DNA of 32,000 nt. Source: Candidatus Iainarchaeum sp. GTDB taxonomy: Archaea > Iainarchaeota > Iainarchaeia > Iainarchaeales > VGJJ01. The translations under genes were made by a program, and so were the position numbers. The notes beneath the pieces are model-generated. The model ran no database searches. It was not told where the DNA came from and worked only from the letters and a program-made list of their open reading frames with translations. Shown here in pieces: positions 23,977 through 30,874 of this stretch; position 1 is the stretch's first letter; the number at the start of each line of letters is the position of its first letter. The stretch spans positions 413,966-445,965 of the forward strand of contig JAUYHT010000006.1 of the NCBI GenBank assembly GCA_030688545.1, written 5' to 3'.

Positions 23977-24445
23977 AAAACGTATAGCCGTGTTGGATGC
24001 CGGGCCCTACATTCACTTGAAAGAAATCGGGGCACTGAAGGCACTCACGATTTTTGAATTAAATGTCCCCTTGGAAGTTCTGGACGAGGTAAAATCCCTG
24101 GATGGCATTTCCTGCACCCATCCCCCGGTCAAAAACAAATCCATGATAGGCATCCTCAGCACCCAATATGAATTAGGTTTGGGAGAATCCGCAGCGATAG
24201 CGCTATGCAAAGAAAAGAATATTGACTTGCTTCTCACCGATGATTTAGACGCCCGAACAGTCGCCCAAAAATTGGATCTACAACCTCACGGAACAATCGG
24301 AATACTATTACGCGCATACCGAGAAAAAGTATTCACCAAAAAAGAAACAATGGTATTCGTGAGGAAACTGAAAACGGACTCAACCATCTACATCACCAAC
24401 AACCTCATCGAATATATATTGAAAGAAATCGACGAGAGCAAATAG
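23969..24445 (+). CDS. PIN-like nucleic-acid-binding protein (DUF3368 / COG2405-type), putative toxin
   Basis: GLGESAAIALCKEKNIDLLLTDDLDARTVAQKLDLQPHGTIGILLRAYREKV matches the characteristic DUF3368 core as I remember it. The size (158 aa) fits. Confidence 0.65.
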   Translation: MAKKRIAVLDAGPYIHLKEIGALKALTIFELNVPLEVLDEVKSLDGISCTHPPVKNKSMIGILSTQYELGLGESAAIALCKEKNIDLLLTDDLDARTVAQKLDLQPHGTIGILLRAYREKVFTKKETMVFVRKLKTDSTIYITNNLIEYILKEIDESK

Positions 24446-24655
24446 GAATAACATTCCCTCACCGGCCTGAACCAGTTGCCCGGGAACCCTTGGTTGGCAC
24501 CGGCTCGTGAAGAAAAAAGCTGTGAATTACGGGGCACTGAAGTGCCCCGCGTCCGTTGGAACGACGAATTAGAAGGAATAAGCCGAAAGATCAATGGCGG
24601 GATTCATCTGCCTGCTGAAGCAGGCAGGGTTCTTCCGAAAACGGCTCTAAAATAT

Positions 24656-24726
24656 TGTGGGATGGTTTAATGGTAAGACGCGACCTTGCCAAGGTAGTAG
24701 CCCGGGTTCGATTCCCGGTCGCTGCA
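24656..24726 (+). tRNA. tRNA-Gly(GCC)-like sequence; the 5' acceptor strand does not pair, so it is a possible 5'-truncated copy or att site rather than a functional gene
   Basis: Hand fold: U8-G9; D arm GTTT/AATGGTA/AGAC; anticodon arm CGACC-TTGCCAA-GGTAG (one G.A mismatch, anticodon GCC at 24688-24690); variable loop TAGC; T arm CCGGG-TTCGATT-CCCGG; 3' acceptor TCGCTGC plus discriminator A (24719-24726). The expected 5' strand GCAGCGA is absent: the sequence is TGTGGGA, only 3/7 pairs, and no match occurs within 215 nt upstream. Confidence 0.55.
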
Positions 24727-24743
24727 TCTAACTGCCAGTTAGA
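24727..24743. promoter_or_regulatory. Perfect 8-bp inverted repeat immediately 3' of the tRNA-like sequence
   Basis: TCTAACTG-C-CAGTTAGA, followed by a T5 run at 24755-24759. It could be a recombinase-binding or att-flanking site, or part of a tRNA terminator. Confidence 0.35.
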
Positions 24744-24762
24744 GTGCCGTATGTCTTTTTGA

Positions 24763-26058
24763 ATGTTGGAAAAGGCAGGCACTACTATGCGAACCGAAAA
24801 AAGCTTTCATGACTACCCACGCATGCTCAAACGCTTGTGCGAAAGAATATGGCCAGAAGAGTACCCAGGGGAACTAAGAGAGGGACAAAAGTCATTCCAA
24901 TTGAACCCCCGAAACAAACAGATCCTCAAAGACCTGCTCTCCCATTTGGAACGCGAAAATTATAGCAGCGCGCGAATCATCCGCCTGGTAAGTTTCGTAG
25001 CCCTCCTGGGAGAAATGTTAGGAAAGGATTTTGACAAAGCCACCAAAGAAGACATTCAGGGAACCGATGGAATTGTGTCTAAAATCCTAAAGAAGTGGTC
25101 CAACGACACCACGCGCGAGATGGGAATACAATCCACCAAACAGTTCTACAAATGGCTGCTGGGAGAAAACGAAGAATATCCAGACATCGTTCGAAAAATA
25201 AAATTCCGACGAAAATACAAGGAAGAATATCTGAAGGAGATTCTAACAAAAGAAGAGGTGGCGAAAGTCATTGATACAGCCGACCATCCAATGAAGAAAG
25301 CCTTAATTGGGACGCTATATTCGGCAGGGCCGCGCATTAGTGAATTGGGCCTATTAAGCGTGAAGGATGTGGAGTTCCAAGATGACGAAGCAGTCATTAG
25401 TATTACCGAATCAAAGACCAGGAGACGCCGCGTTATTATCGTTAACTCCACCGTCAAACTCTTGCATGATTGGTTTGCCATCCACCCAAATCGAAACAAA
25501 CCAGACTTTCGGGAAACACCATTATTTGTCAGTGTATCACACCAAAAATATGGAAGAAGAATGGAATATGCATCTATTTGCAAAATGCTGAAAGTAACAA
25601 CCGCACTCGCGGGTATTCAAAAACCATGTAACCCGCATCACTGGCGCCATAGTTTCGCGACTCACTTGGCGCAAGATGGATACAGCGAATATCAAATCAA
25701 AATTATTCTCGGCCACTCCATGACCTCTAAGTCAACAGCCAGATACATCCACATGGCAGGGCAAGGAGTATTCGATGTAGTCCGAAAGAAAAATGGTAAA
25801 AAAATCATGGATGAAGGAGCCCAAAAACCCGCTTTGGAATACAAAAAATGTGATACATGTGGATATGGGGAGAACACATTTAATCAACTTGTCTGCAACA
25901 AGTGCATGCGCCCCCTTGGGATAGCTGAAAGACTCCAATACAAAGATCAACTATCAGAAATTCGAGGCAAAATGGAGAATATGGAGAAAGCCTATCACCT
26001 ACTGCTCAAGGCCCACCTGGAAACAATCGAATCAGAAAAGAGCAAACAAGCATTGTAG
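24763..26058 (+). CDS. int: Tyrosine recombinase / phage-type integrase with a C-terminal CxxC...CxxC zinc-ribbon extension
   Basis: Catalytic pattern: AGPRISEL (Arg), HHWRHSFATHL (HxxR), LGH, and ARYIHM (Tyr). The C-terminal extension is CDTCGYGENTFNQLVCNKC. An alternative start is the ATG at 24787. Confidence 0.88.
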   Translation: MLEKAGTTMRTEKSFHDYPRMLKRLCERIWPEEYPGELREGQKSFQLNPRNKQILKDLLSHLERENYSSARIIRLVSFVALLGEMLGKDFDKATKEDIQGTDGIVSKILKKWSNDTTREMGIQSTKQFYKWLLGENEEYPDIVRKIKFRRKYKEEYLKEILTKEEVAKVIDTADHPMKKALIGTLYSAGPRISELGLLSVKDVEFQDDEAVISITESKTRRRRVIIVNSTVKLLHDWFAIHPNRNKPDFRETPLFVSVSHQKYGRRMEYASICKMLKVTTALAGIQKPCNPHHWRHSFATHLAQDGYSEYQIKIILGHSMTSKSTARYIHMAGQGVFDVVRKKNGKKIMDEGAQKPALEYKKCDTCGYGENTFNQLVCNKCMRPLGIAERLQYKDQLSEIRGKMENMEKAYHLLLKAHLETIESEKSKQAL

Positions 26059-26088
26059 GCAATTTGGCACCTTTTGATGCCACAATGC

Positions 26089-26095
26089 TTTATAA
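26089..26095 (+). promoter_or_regulatory. TATA-like element upstream of the HTH gene (leaderless spacing)
   Basis: TTTATAA ends 21 nt before the ATG at 26117. Confidence 0.35.
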
Positions 26096-26116
26096 CCTAA
26101 AGATTGAGTCTTGGAT

Positions 26117-26896
26117 ATGGTTAAAGGAAAACCTGCTCAGAAACCCAAAGCGGTCGCTACCCACCGATTTAACAAGTTTTCAGTCGGGCGAGCAGCGGTG
26201 CTCTATAAACGTGGAATGTCCCGCGCGCTCGTATTAGAACACTTCTTCCGCACCTACGCCAAATCCTGGGGCATCCGGGATTACTTCGAAATGTATCAAT
26301 ACCTATTCGAAAAGGGCCCCGGACGAAGACCTAATCTCGCAAAGATGTTCGAGGGCAAGTCGGAGGGCCAGATCAGAGACGCATTTTTCGAGTGGCGACA
26401 AAAGAATATGAAGAGTTCTGGAAGACAGTCAGAACGAATGAGAAAACTCCATCAAGACCCAGAATTCCAAAAGAGACACAAAGCACAAGCGTCAGAACGA
26501 ATGAGAAAACTCTGGAAAGATCCGGAATGGCGCACTCGCCAGACTGAACTTATACGCGTAGCACTACAGCGACATTGGGATATCATACACAATGACCTAT
26601 TAGCGGAATTCAGGGGTCGGGGGCTAATTCAAACATATGATTTTCGCACCGAGGAGAGAGTCGCAGGAACAACCAAAACACCTCAGTCGGAAGCCATAGA
26701 AAGAGAGCGAAAAACACAAGTAGAAAAAGGAATCGCAAAACTTCAACCAGAAGAATCAGAAGCAATTACATCCACCTTTTTTGAAGGAAACGACTACCCA
26801 ACCACTGCCGAAAATATGGCAATAACGCTACCAGAATTAAATGAAATTTTAGATAGGGCCTATCGAAAGCTCGCGAAAGAACTGCGCGACCTTTAA
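26117..26896 (+). CDS. DNA-binding protein: two tandem 21-aa SERMRKLxxDPE[FW] repeats plus a C-terminal sigma-70 region-4-like HTH
   Basis: A 22-nt perfect direct repeat GTCAGAACGAATGAGAAAACTC occurs at 26428-26449 and 26491-26512, 63 nt apart. The C-terminus ESEAITSTFFEGNDYPTTAENMAITLPELNEILDRAYRKLAKEL fits the sigma70_r4 / LuxR-type HTH pattern. I place the start at the ATG at 26117 (the track gives TTG 26111). Confidence 0.6.
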   Translation: MVKGKPAQKPKAVATHRFNKFSVGRAAVLYKRGMSRALVLEHFFRTYAKSWGIRDYFEMYQYLFEKGPGRRPNLAKMFEGKSEGQIRDAFFEWRQKNMKSSGRQSERMRKLHQDPEFQKRHKAQASERMRKLWKDPEWRTRQTELIRVALQRHWDIIHNDLLAEFRGRGLIQTYDFRTEERVAGTTKTPQSEAIERERKTQVEKGIAKLQPEESEAITSTFFEGNDYPTTAENMAITLPELNEILDRAYRKLAKELRDL

Positions 26897-26949
26897 TAAA
26901 AAAAATAATGCCGGATAAGCCATAAAATGCCTATCCGAACAAAGAAGTT

Positions 26950-27219
26950 TTATCGTCTTTCGAGCCAGGCTTTTGCGCCTTTGTATACGTTGTTTAGGAA
27001 CGTATAGGCTACGAATGAAAATCCCGTTGTTTCGAGCTCGTTCGTGTTTAATCCTGCGCCCGCGGCAATTAGTCCGAGGAAAGCACCCCATACCATTGCG
27101 GGTAAAAACTTTCGCCAGTCGAAAACTTCTCCTTGACCAACATTTTTGGCCGCACCGCTGAATCCAGCAATAGCTCCACCAAAAAGTCCGGCCAGCATTA
27201 TACTGATTAGGTCTTCCAT
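26950..27219 (-). CDS. Small membrane protein (2-3 TM helices), holin-like by position
   Basis: 89 aa with the Gly/Ala-rich helices ISIMLAGLFGGAIAGFSGAA and FLPAMVWGAFLGLIAAGAGL. It is the last gene of the minus-strand operon. Confidence 0.45.
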   Translation of the reverse strand: MEDLISIMLAGLFGGAIAGFSGAAKNVGQGEVFDWRKFLPAMVWGAFLGLIAAGAGLNTNELETTGFSFVAYTFLNNVYKGAKAWLERR

Positions 27220-27259
27220 AGAAGATTCCCCCTCTCCACTGTGTTGTAGAGTGTGATAG

Positions 27260-27559
27260 TCATAGAAAGTAGCTCACGGCTGCACTGACAATGATTGATG
27301 CTATGGCGGCCATGACTACGATTTGTCCTTTTTGCGTATTCACCCATGCTTCGAGAGTTCGAATGCGTTTATTGAAATCATCATGCCATTCCGCATCATC
27401 CGTTACGTGTCTCTTTTGTTCGTCCCGATCGCGCACTGCTACTTCACGAAGCGTATCCACATGTCCAGCAGTCTTTGCATGAGCCACTTTGAGTTCTGAT
27501 ACCGATTGGATTAGTTTGTCGATTTTGTCTTCCATCCGAAATAGTAATTCGGTTTCCAT
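27260..27559 (-). CDS. Tail-anchored coiled-coil membrane protein, hypothetical
   Basis: 99 aa with a helical charged N-terminal part and a C-terminal TM helix IVVMAAIASIIVSAAVSYFL. Its start codon (27559-27557) overlaps the upstream gene's stop codon (27561-27559) by 1 nt. Confidence 0.5.
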   Translation of the reverse strand: METELLFRMEDKIDKLIQSVSELKVAHAKTAGHVDTLREVAVRDRDEQKRHVTDDAEWHDDFNKRIRTLEAWVNTQKGQIVVMAAIASIIVSAAVSYFL

Positions 27560-28545
27560 TAGTTGTTCCCCCCGATTGGTTCAATGACTACTTTTGATCC
27601 GAGAAAAGACTGGAAGTCTGATTCGTCTTGTGGGGTAATGAATTTGTTCCACGCATTGCGTTGATTGAACGAGAACCACACACCCCAAATTCCAAAATCA
27701 TCTGTTTTATTTTTCGCATCAATTGTAGTGGGTAACTTTGTAATTTTGGAAGCATTTTCGAATCCACTTCCATACGTTGAATTGAAATGATGAAATTTTT
27801 CGGTCTCATCCGCATAGCCATAAAGTGTGGCATGTCCCCCCAGGTTACAATTTCCTATGGCAATTCTTCCCTTCCAATCCGGAATGCCAGCCGCATTCCA
27901 ATAGGTCTTTAGATAGACGGCCCAGCTGTCGCAGTCCGCCGCTTTCTGTTCTTTGATTCGGATGCGTTCATTAATTTCAAAGGGAAACTCCCACACCTCG
28001 GGAAAAGAAGGGCCGTAAAGATTCCAGTCGAAAGCGTATCCATACTTCTTTTTCTTTGCCCACTTGTAGATCTCCAGCATTATTTCGTCATGGTTTCCCT
28101 TTTCAGTTTGGAATCCTTCTTTCTTTACCTCTTCTTTTATGCGCCAGTCCTCAGGAGTGATCAACAACCGGGGATCAATGCTCATGAGCTTGTCAAACTT
28201 GGGAAGCGGTCGACAAGAATAGGAAATATTGGCTTTGGGATATTTTGCATTCCAGAATTTTGCATTTTCATCTTGCCCTTCCGCATCGATTTGCTGCGTA
28301 ACGAGCGCATTATATTTCTGCACCCATTCATCTGTTTTCTTTTGAACCTCCACTTTTTCATTCGCAATTTTGGTAACTTTCTTTTTTGTTTCTAACAGCT
28401 CTTCGGACTGTATCGCGTTGTCCGTTTGAGCATCGCGAAGTTCTTGTTGAGCATTCTTCAATTTCGCCAATTCTGTAGCACAAAGAACTTGACAAACCGC
28501 TCCACGAGCGCTATCCAATTTTTCTATCAAGCTCACTTTTAGCAC
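27559..28545 (-). CDS. Transglutaminase-like / papain-fold cysteine peptidase domain protein with an N-terminal coiled coil (putative lysin or virion-associated hydrolase)
   Basis: AADCDSWAVYLKTYWNAAGIPDWKGRIAIGNCNLGGHATLYGYADE fits the transglutaminase-core pattern: Cys nucleophile, a GIP segment, then His and Asp. Recognition by eye only. Confidence 0.45.
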   Translation of the reverse strand: MLKVSLIEKLDSARGAVCQVLCATELAKLKNAQQELRDAQTDNAIQSEELLETKKKVTKIANEKVEVQKKTDEWVQKYNALVTQQIDAEGQDENAKFWNAKYPKANISYSCRPLPKFDKLMSIDPRLLITPEDWRIKEEVKKEGFQTEKGNHDEIMLEIYKWAKKKKYGYAFDWNLYGPSFPEVWEFPFEINERIRIKEQKAADCDSWAVYLKTYWNAAGIPDWKGRIAIGNCNLGGHATLYGYADETEKFHHFNSTYGSGFENASKITKLPTTIDAKNKTDDFGIWGVWFSFNQRNAWNKFITPQDESDFQSFLGSKVVIEPIGGNN

Positions 28546-28784
28546 TCCTGCTTTAGCAATGTTGCTACGGCCTCAATGTTTCCCAATTCGAGCGCGTTCA
28601 CGAGTTCCATGCAGCGGTTTAATCCCCGCACATGGTTCCAAACCTGTTCCTGATGCCTCAATGCCTCTGCGTAACGCTTGTTTCGAATAGCGTTTTCGGT
28701 TTTCTCCAGCCACGTCGTCATTTCTTTTTTGTGAGCGAAATAGTGGGCCACAAGGTTTTCGATTTTTTGAGTGGTATAGTCCAT
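28539..28784 (-). CDS. Hypothetical small helical protein
   Basis: 81-aa ORF, co-oriented and overlapping the downstream gene by 7 nt. No family recognised. Confidence 0.45.
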   Translation of the reverse strand: MDYTTQKIENLVAHYFAHKKEMTTWLEKTENAIRNKRYAEALRHQEQVWNHVRGLNRCMELVNALELGNIEAVATLLKQEC

Positions 28785-28793
28785 TTTTTACAC

Positions 28794-29045
28794 CTACTGC
28801 AGTGGCGTTCCGGGCACAATCACCCATTGGTTCTGCGTTTTTTCTTCTGGGGTTAGGTCGTTTTGTCGAGTGACCGTAATGCGTTTTACGGCTCCTGCGT
28901 GAATGTAATAATCTTTTTTTTGTGCAGGATGGTCGAATATGCGGTATCCTGAGCACCCGGAATTGAAGTTGGCAGCGGGAATATCTGTCAATGTTTCGTT
29001 TGTTCCATCGGTGTACTCGATTTCGATTGTTAGCGTTTCAGACAT
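28794..29045 (-). CDS. Hypothetical small protein
   Basis: 83-aa ORF, tightly packed in the operon. GGAGGAAAAAAACT precedes the ATG on the minus strand. Confidence 0.45.
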   Translation of the reverse strand: MSETLTIEIEYTDGTNETLTDIPAANFNSGCSGYRIFDHPAQKKDYYIHAGAVKRITVTRQNDLTPEEKTQNQWVIVPGTPLQ

Positions 29046-29073
29046 AGTTTTTTTCCTCCAAGATTTATTTTTT

Positions 29074-29877
29074 TTAGTCGATTATTCTCCCAACGAAAAC
29101 CACATCGTAGAATAGCGGTTTGTTGTCCGTTGTCGAGAGCGACGCACTATTCAAAACAGATATTCCACTCGTGCAACACGAAAATCCAGGTTGATGGGGA
29201 ACAGATGAGGTGGTGCCCGTGCTGATGGATTGGGTATCGCTTCCACCTGTTCCGCCGGAAGTGCTATTTCCGCGGAGAAACTTATTTCCCCCATTCAAAT
29301 CTGGAAGTGTTTGTCCATTGTAGGGTGAGTCCGTATTGCTGACGGTTCCCCCACTTAATTCTTGAAAACCATACTTTAGTGCGGGAGTGTTGGTATAGGA
29401 TTTTAGCCACACTTTTACTTCGCCGATAAATCCATCGCGCCCCATGATGGGTCGAATGTCTCGGATTTGATCATTGGTAATCGCCGTGTCATTAGCTGGA
29501 ACAAGAATGTAGGCCAGTGGAATAGTAGGAGCACTGGAAGCCGGAATCGTTGGTCGTATAGGAGTAGCGGCAGGAGTTCCGGCCAGGTATCCTTTTGTAA
29601 CCGTTCCTGCGATCGTGTCCACGATTAAATAAATCGCATCGTAACGCGGATTGGTGGCATCGGCGGTATCAAGCGTTTGCGTGGTAGCCGTAAAGCTAAT
29701 CGGTACTCCGGCTACGTTTACGACCCCTGCTTTGAGGTCGACAACCATGTCCGAGGCACTGGATCCTTGATCGACTCGACAGCCGAATTCTACCCAACAA
29801 TTTAGACTTCGGTTTGCTTCGGAATCAAATCCCGGATCTCCATCGGTCTTAGGATACTGTCCTTCAGTGGCCGCCAT
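29074..29877 (-). CDS. Tail-fibre / receptor-binding-like protein with a tail-collar-like motif
   Basis: GQTLPDLNGGNKFLRGNSTSGGTGGSDT resembles the LPDLRGR..RG...G..GG signature of phage tail-collar (MdpB-like) domains. The N-terminal NPRYDAIYLIVD...LAYILVPANDTAITNDQIRDIRP resembles fibre N-terminal domains. Confidence 0.5.
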   Translation of the reverse strand: MAATEGQYPKTDGDPGFDSEANRSLNCWVEFGCRVDQGSSASDMVVDLKAGVVNVAGVPISFTATTQTLDTADATNPRYDAIYLIVDTIAGTVTKGYLAGTPAATPIRPTIPASSAPTIPLAYILVPANDTAITNDQIRDIRPIMGRDGFIGEVKVWLKSYTNTPALKYGFQELSGGTVSNTDSPYNGQTLPDLNGGNKFLRGNSTSGGTGGSDTQSISTGTTSSVPHQPGFSCCTSGISVLNSASLSTTDNKPLFYDVVFVGRIID

Positions 29878-29906
29878 AATCGGTCACCTCGAACTGTAAC
29901 CGATAT

Positions 29907-30392
29907 TTAATACTCCCTACGCACAATGCGCTGCTCTTTTTTTTCGCGTTGCGCCATACGTTTTACATCTTCTTGGGCCTGTGCAATGTGATCATCTATT
30001 TGGGCGGGAGTAACGTGTCCAATTTTTACTCCTCTCCGTCGAGCTATTGGTGAAAGTCCGGTTTCTTGCATGATGCGATCCTTGCGTTCGCGTGCCGCTT
30101 CATATCCTTTTTTTCCTGGATTATTTTGCGCGTGATGTCGTTTGAAGTGGATACAATACTCGCACCAAATTCCCTTTCCCATCTCACAATCCACTTGAAC
30201 CTTTTGGGCTATTCCCACACTGTTCTTGTAATCATAATACGGGTACGCGCAAGGCACAGTAATTTCTTTCTCATTATTTTTCATTCGTACCAGCCGCGCT
30301 TTTTCTATTGCGATGGATTTTCTTCGCTGTTCGGCCACTGCTAAAATAAATCCCTTATTAGCTTCGGCGAGTAGTTGTCCAGGTGTAGTCAT
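29907..30392 (-). CDS. Hypothetical Cys/His-containing protein
   Basis: 161-aa ORF. VPCAYPYYDY....VDCEMGKGIWCEYCIHFKRHH suggests a metal-binding cluster. No family recognised. Confidence 0.45.
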   Translation of the reverse strand: MTTPGQLLAEANKGFILAVAEQRRKSIAIEKARLVRMKNNEKEITVPCAYPYYDYKNSVGIAQKVQVDCEMGKGIWCEYCIHFKRHHAQNNPGKKGYEAARERKDRIMQETGLSPIARRRGVKIGHVTPAQIDDHIAQAQEDVKRMAQREKKEQRIVRREY

Positions 30393-30409
30393 TCGTTTTT
30401 CCTCCCATT

Positions 30410-30874
30410 TTATCCGCTGATGTACTCTATGGTGTAGGCCCAGTCCATTTCGACCGAGCTATCTTTGTCAATCGTTGAAAAAGTGGCGCGTGTAACCAAA
30501 ATGCCTGAAACTGCTGCGGTGAGTAATCCGACTTCCGAGAATGTTCCGGGTGTGTTTCCTTCTGTTTTGAGAATGGGCCATTCAAATCGTACTTTTCCAA
30601 TACCGATGCTTGCGTCTACGGTTACGGCTTTTCGTATGATCTCGGCTCCCAGCGTGGTGTCTCCAGAGGTGGGTGACGTTGTGCTGTTTCCTAATGCTGC
30701 GTGGGTAATTTTTGCGGAAGACAGGCCGGCGATTAGGTCGCGATGTAAATCAGCCCCATTATTCGTCATGAGATTGTACGTATCGACCACCTTGATTCGC
30801 GTTCCATTGGCAAATCTTTTCCATGCTTCAATGTGACCTCTAATTTTTGTTTTTTGTTCGATTTCGTATGTCAT
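30410..30874 (-). CDS. Hypothetical protein, probable virion structural protein by context
   Basis: 154-aa ORF whose start overlaps the upstream LamG gene stop (4 nt). It is beta-rich, with ALGNSTTSPTSGDTTLGAEI. No family recognised. Confidence 0.45.
   Translation of the reverse strand: MTYEIEQKTKIRGHIEAWKRFANGTRIKVVDTYNLMTNNGADLHRDLIAGLSSAKITHAALGNSTTSPTSGDTTLGAEIIRKAVTVDASIGIGKVRFEWPILKTEGNTPGTFSEVGLLTAAVSGILVTRATFSTIDKDSSVEMDWAYTIEYISG

Noticed and set aside
24476-24782. Short ORFs (64, 68 and 63 aa) covering the spacer and the tRNA-like sequence
   Set aside because: They overlap the hairpins and the tRNA-like sequence, lack SD or TATA signals, and have odd composition.
28914-28921. T8/A8 homopolymer inside the 83-aa ORF as a programmed frameshift or phase-variation site
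   Set aside because: It simply encodes Lys-Lys in frame (QKKDYY). No alternative-frame ORF of meaningful length continues from it.
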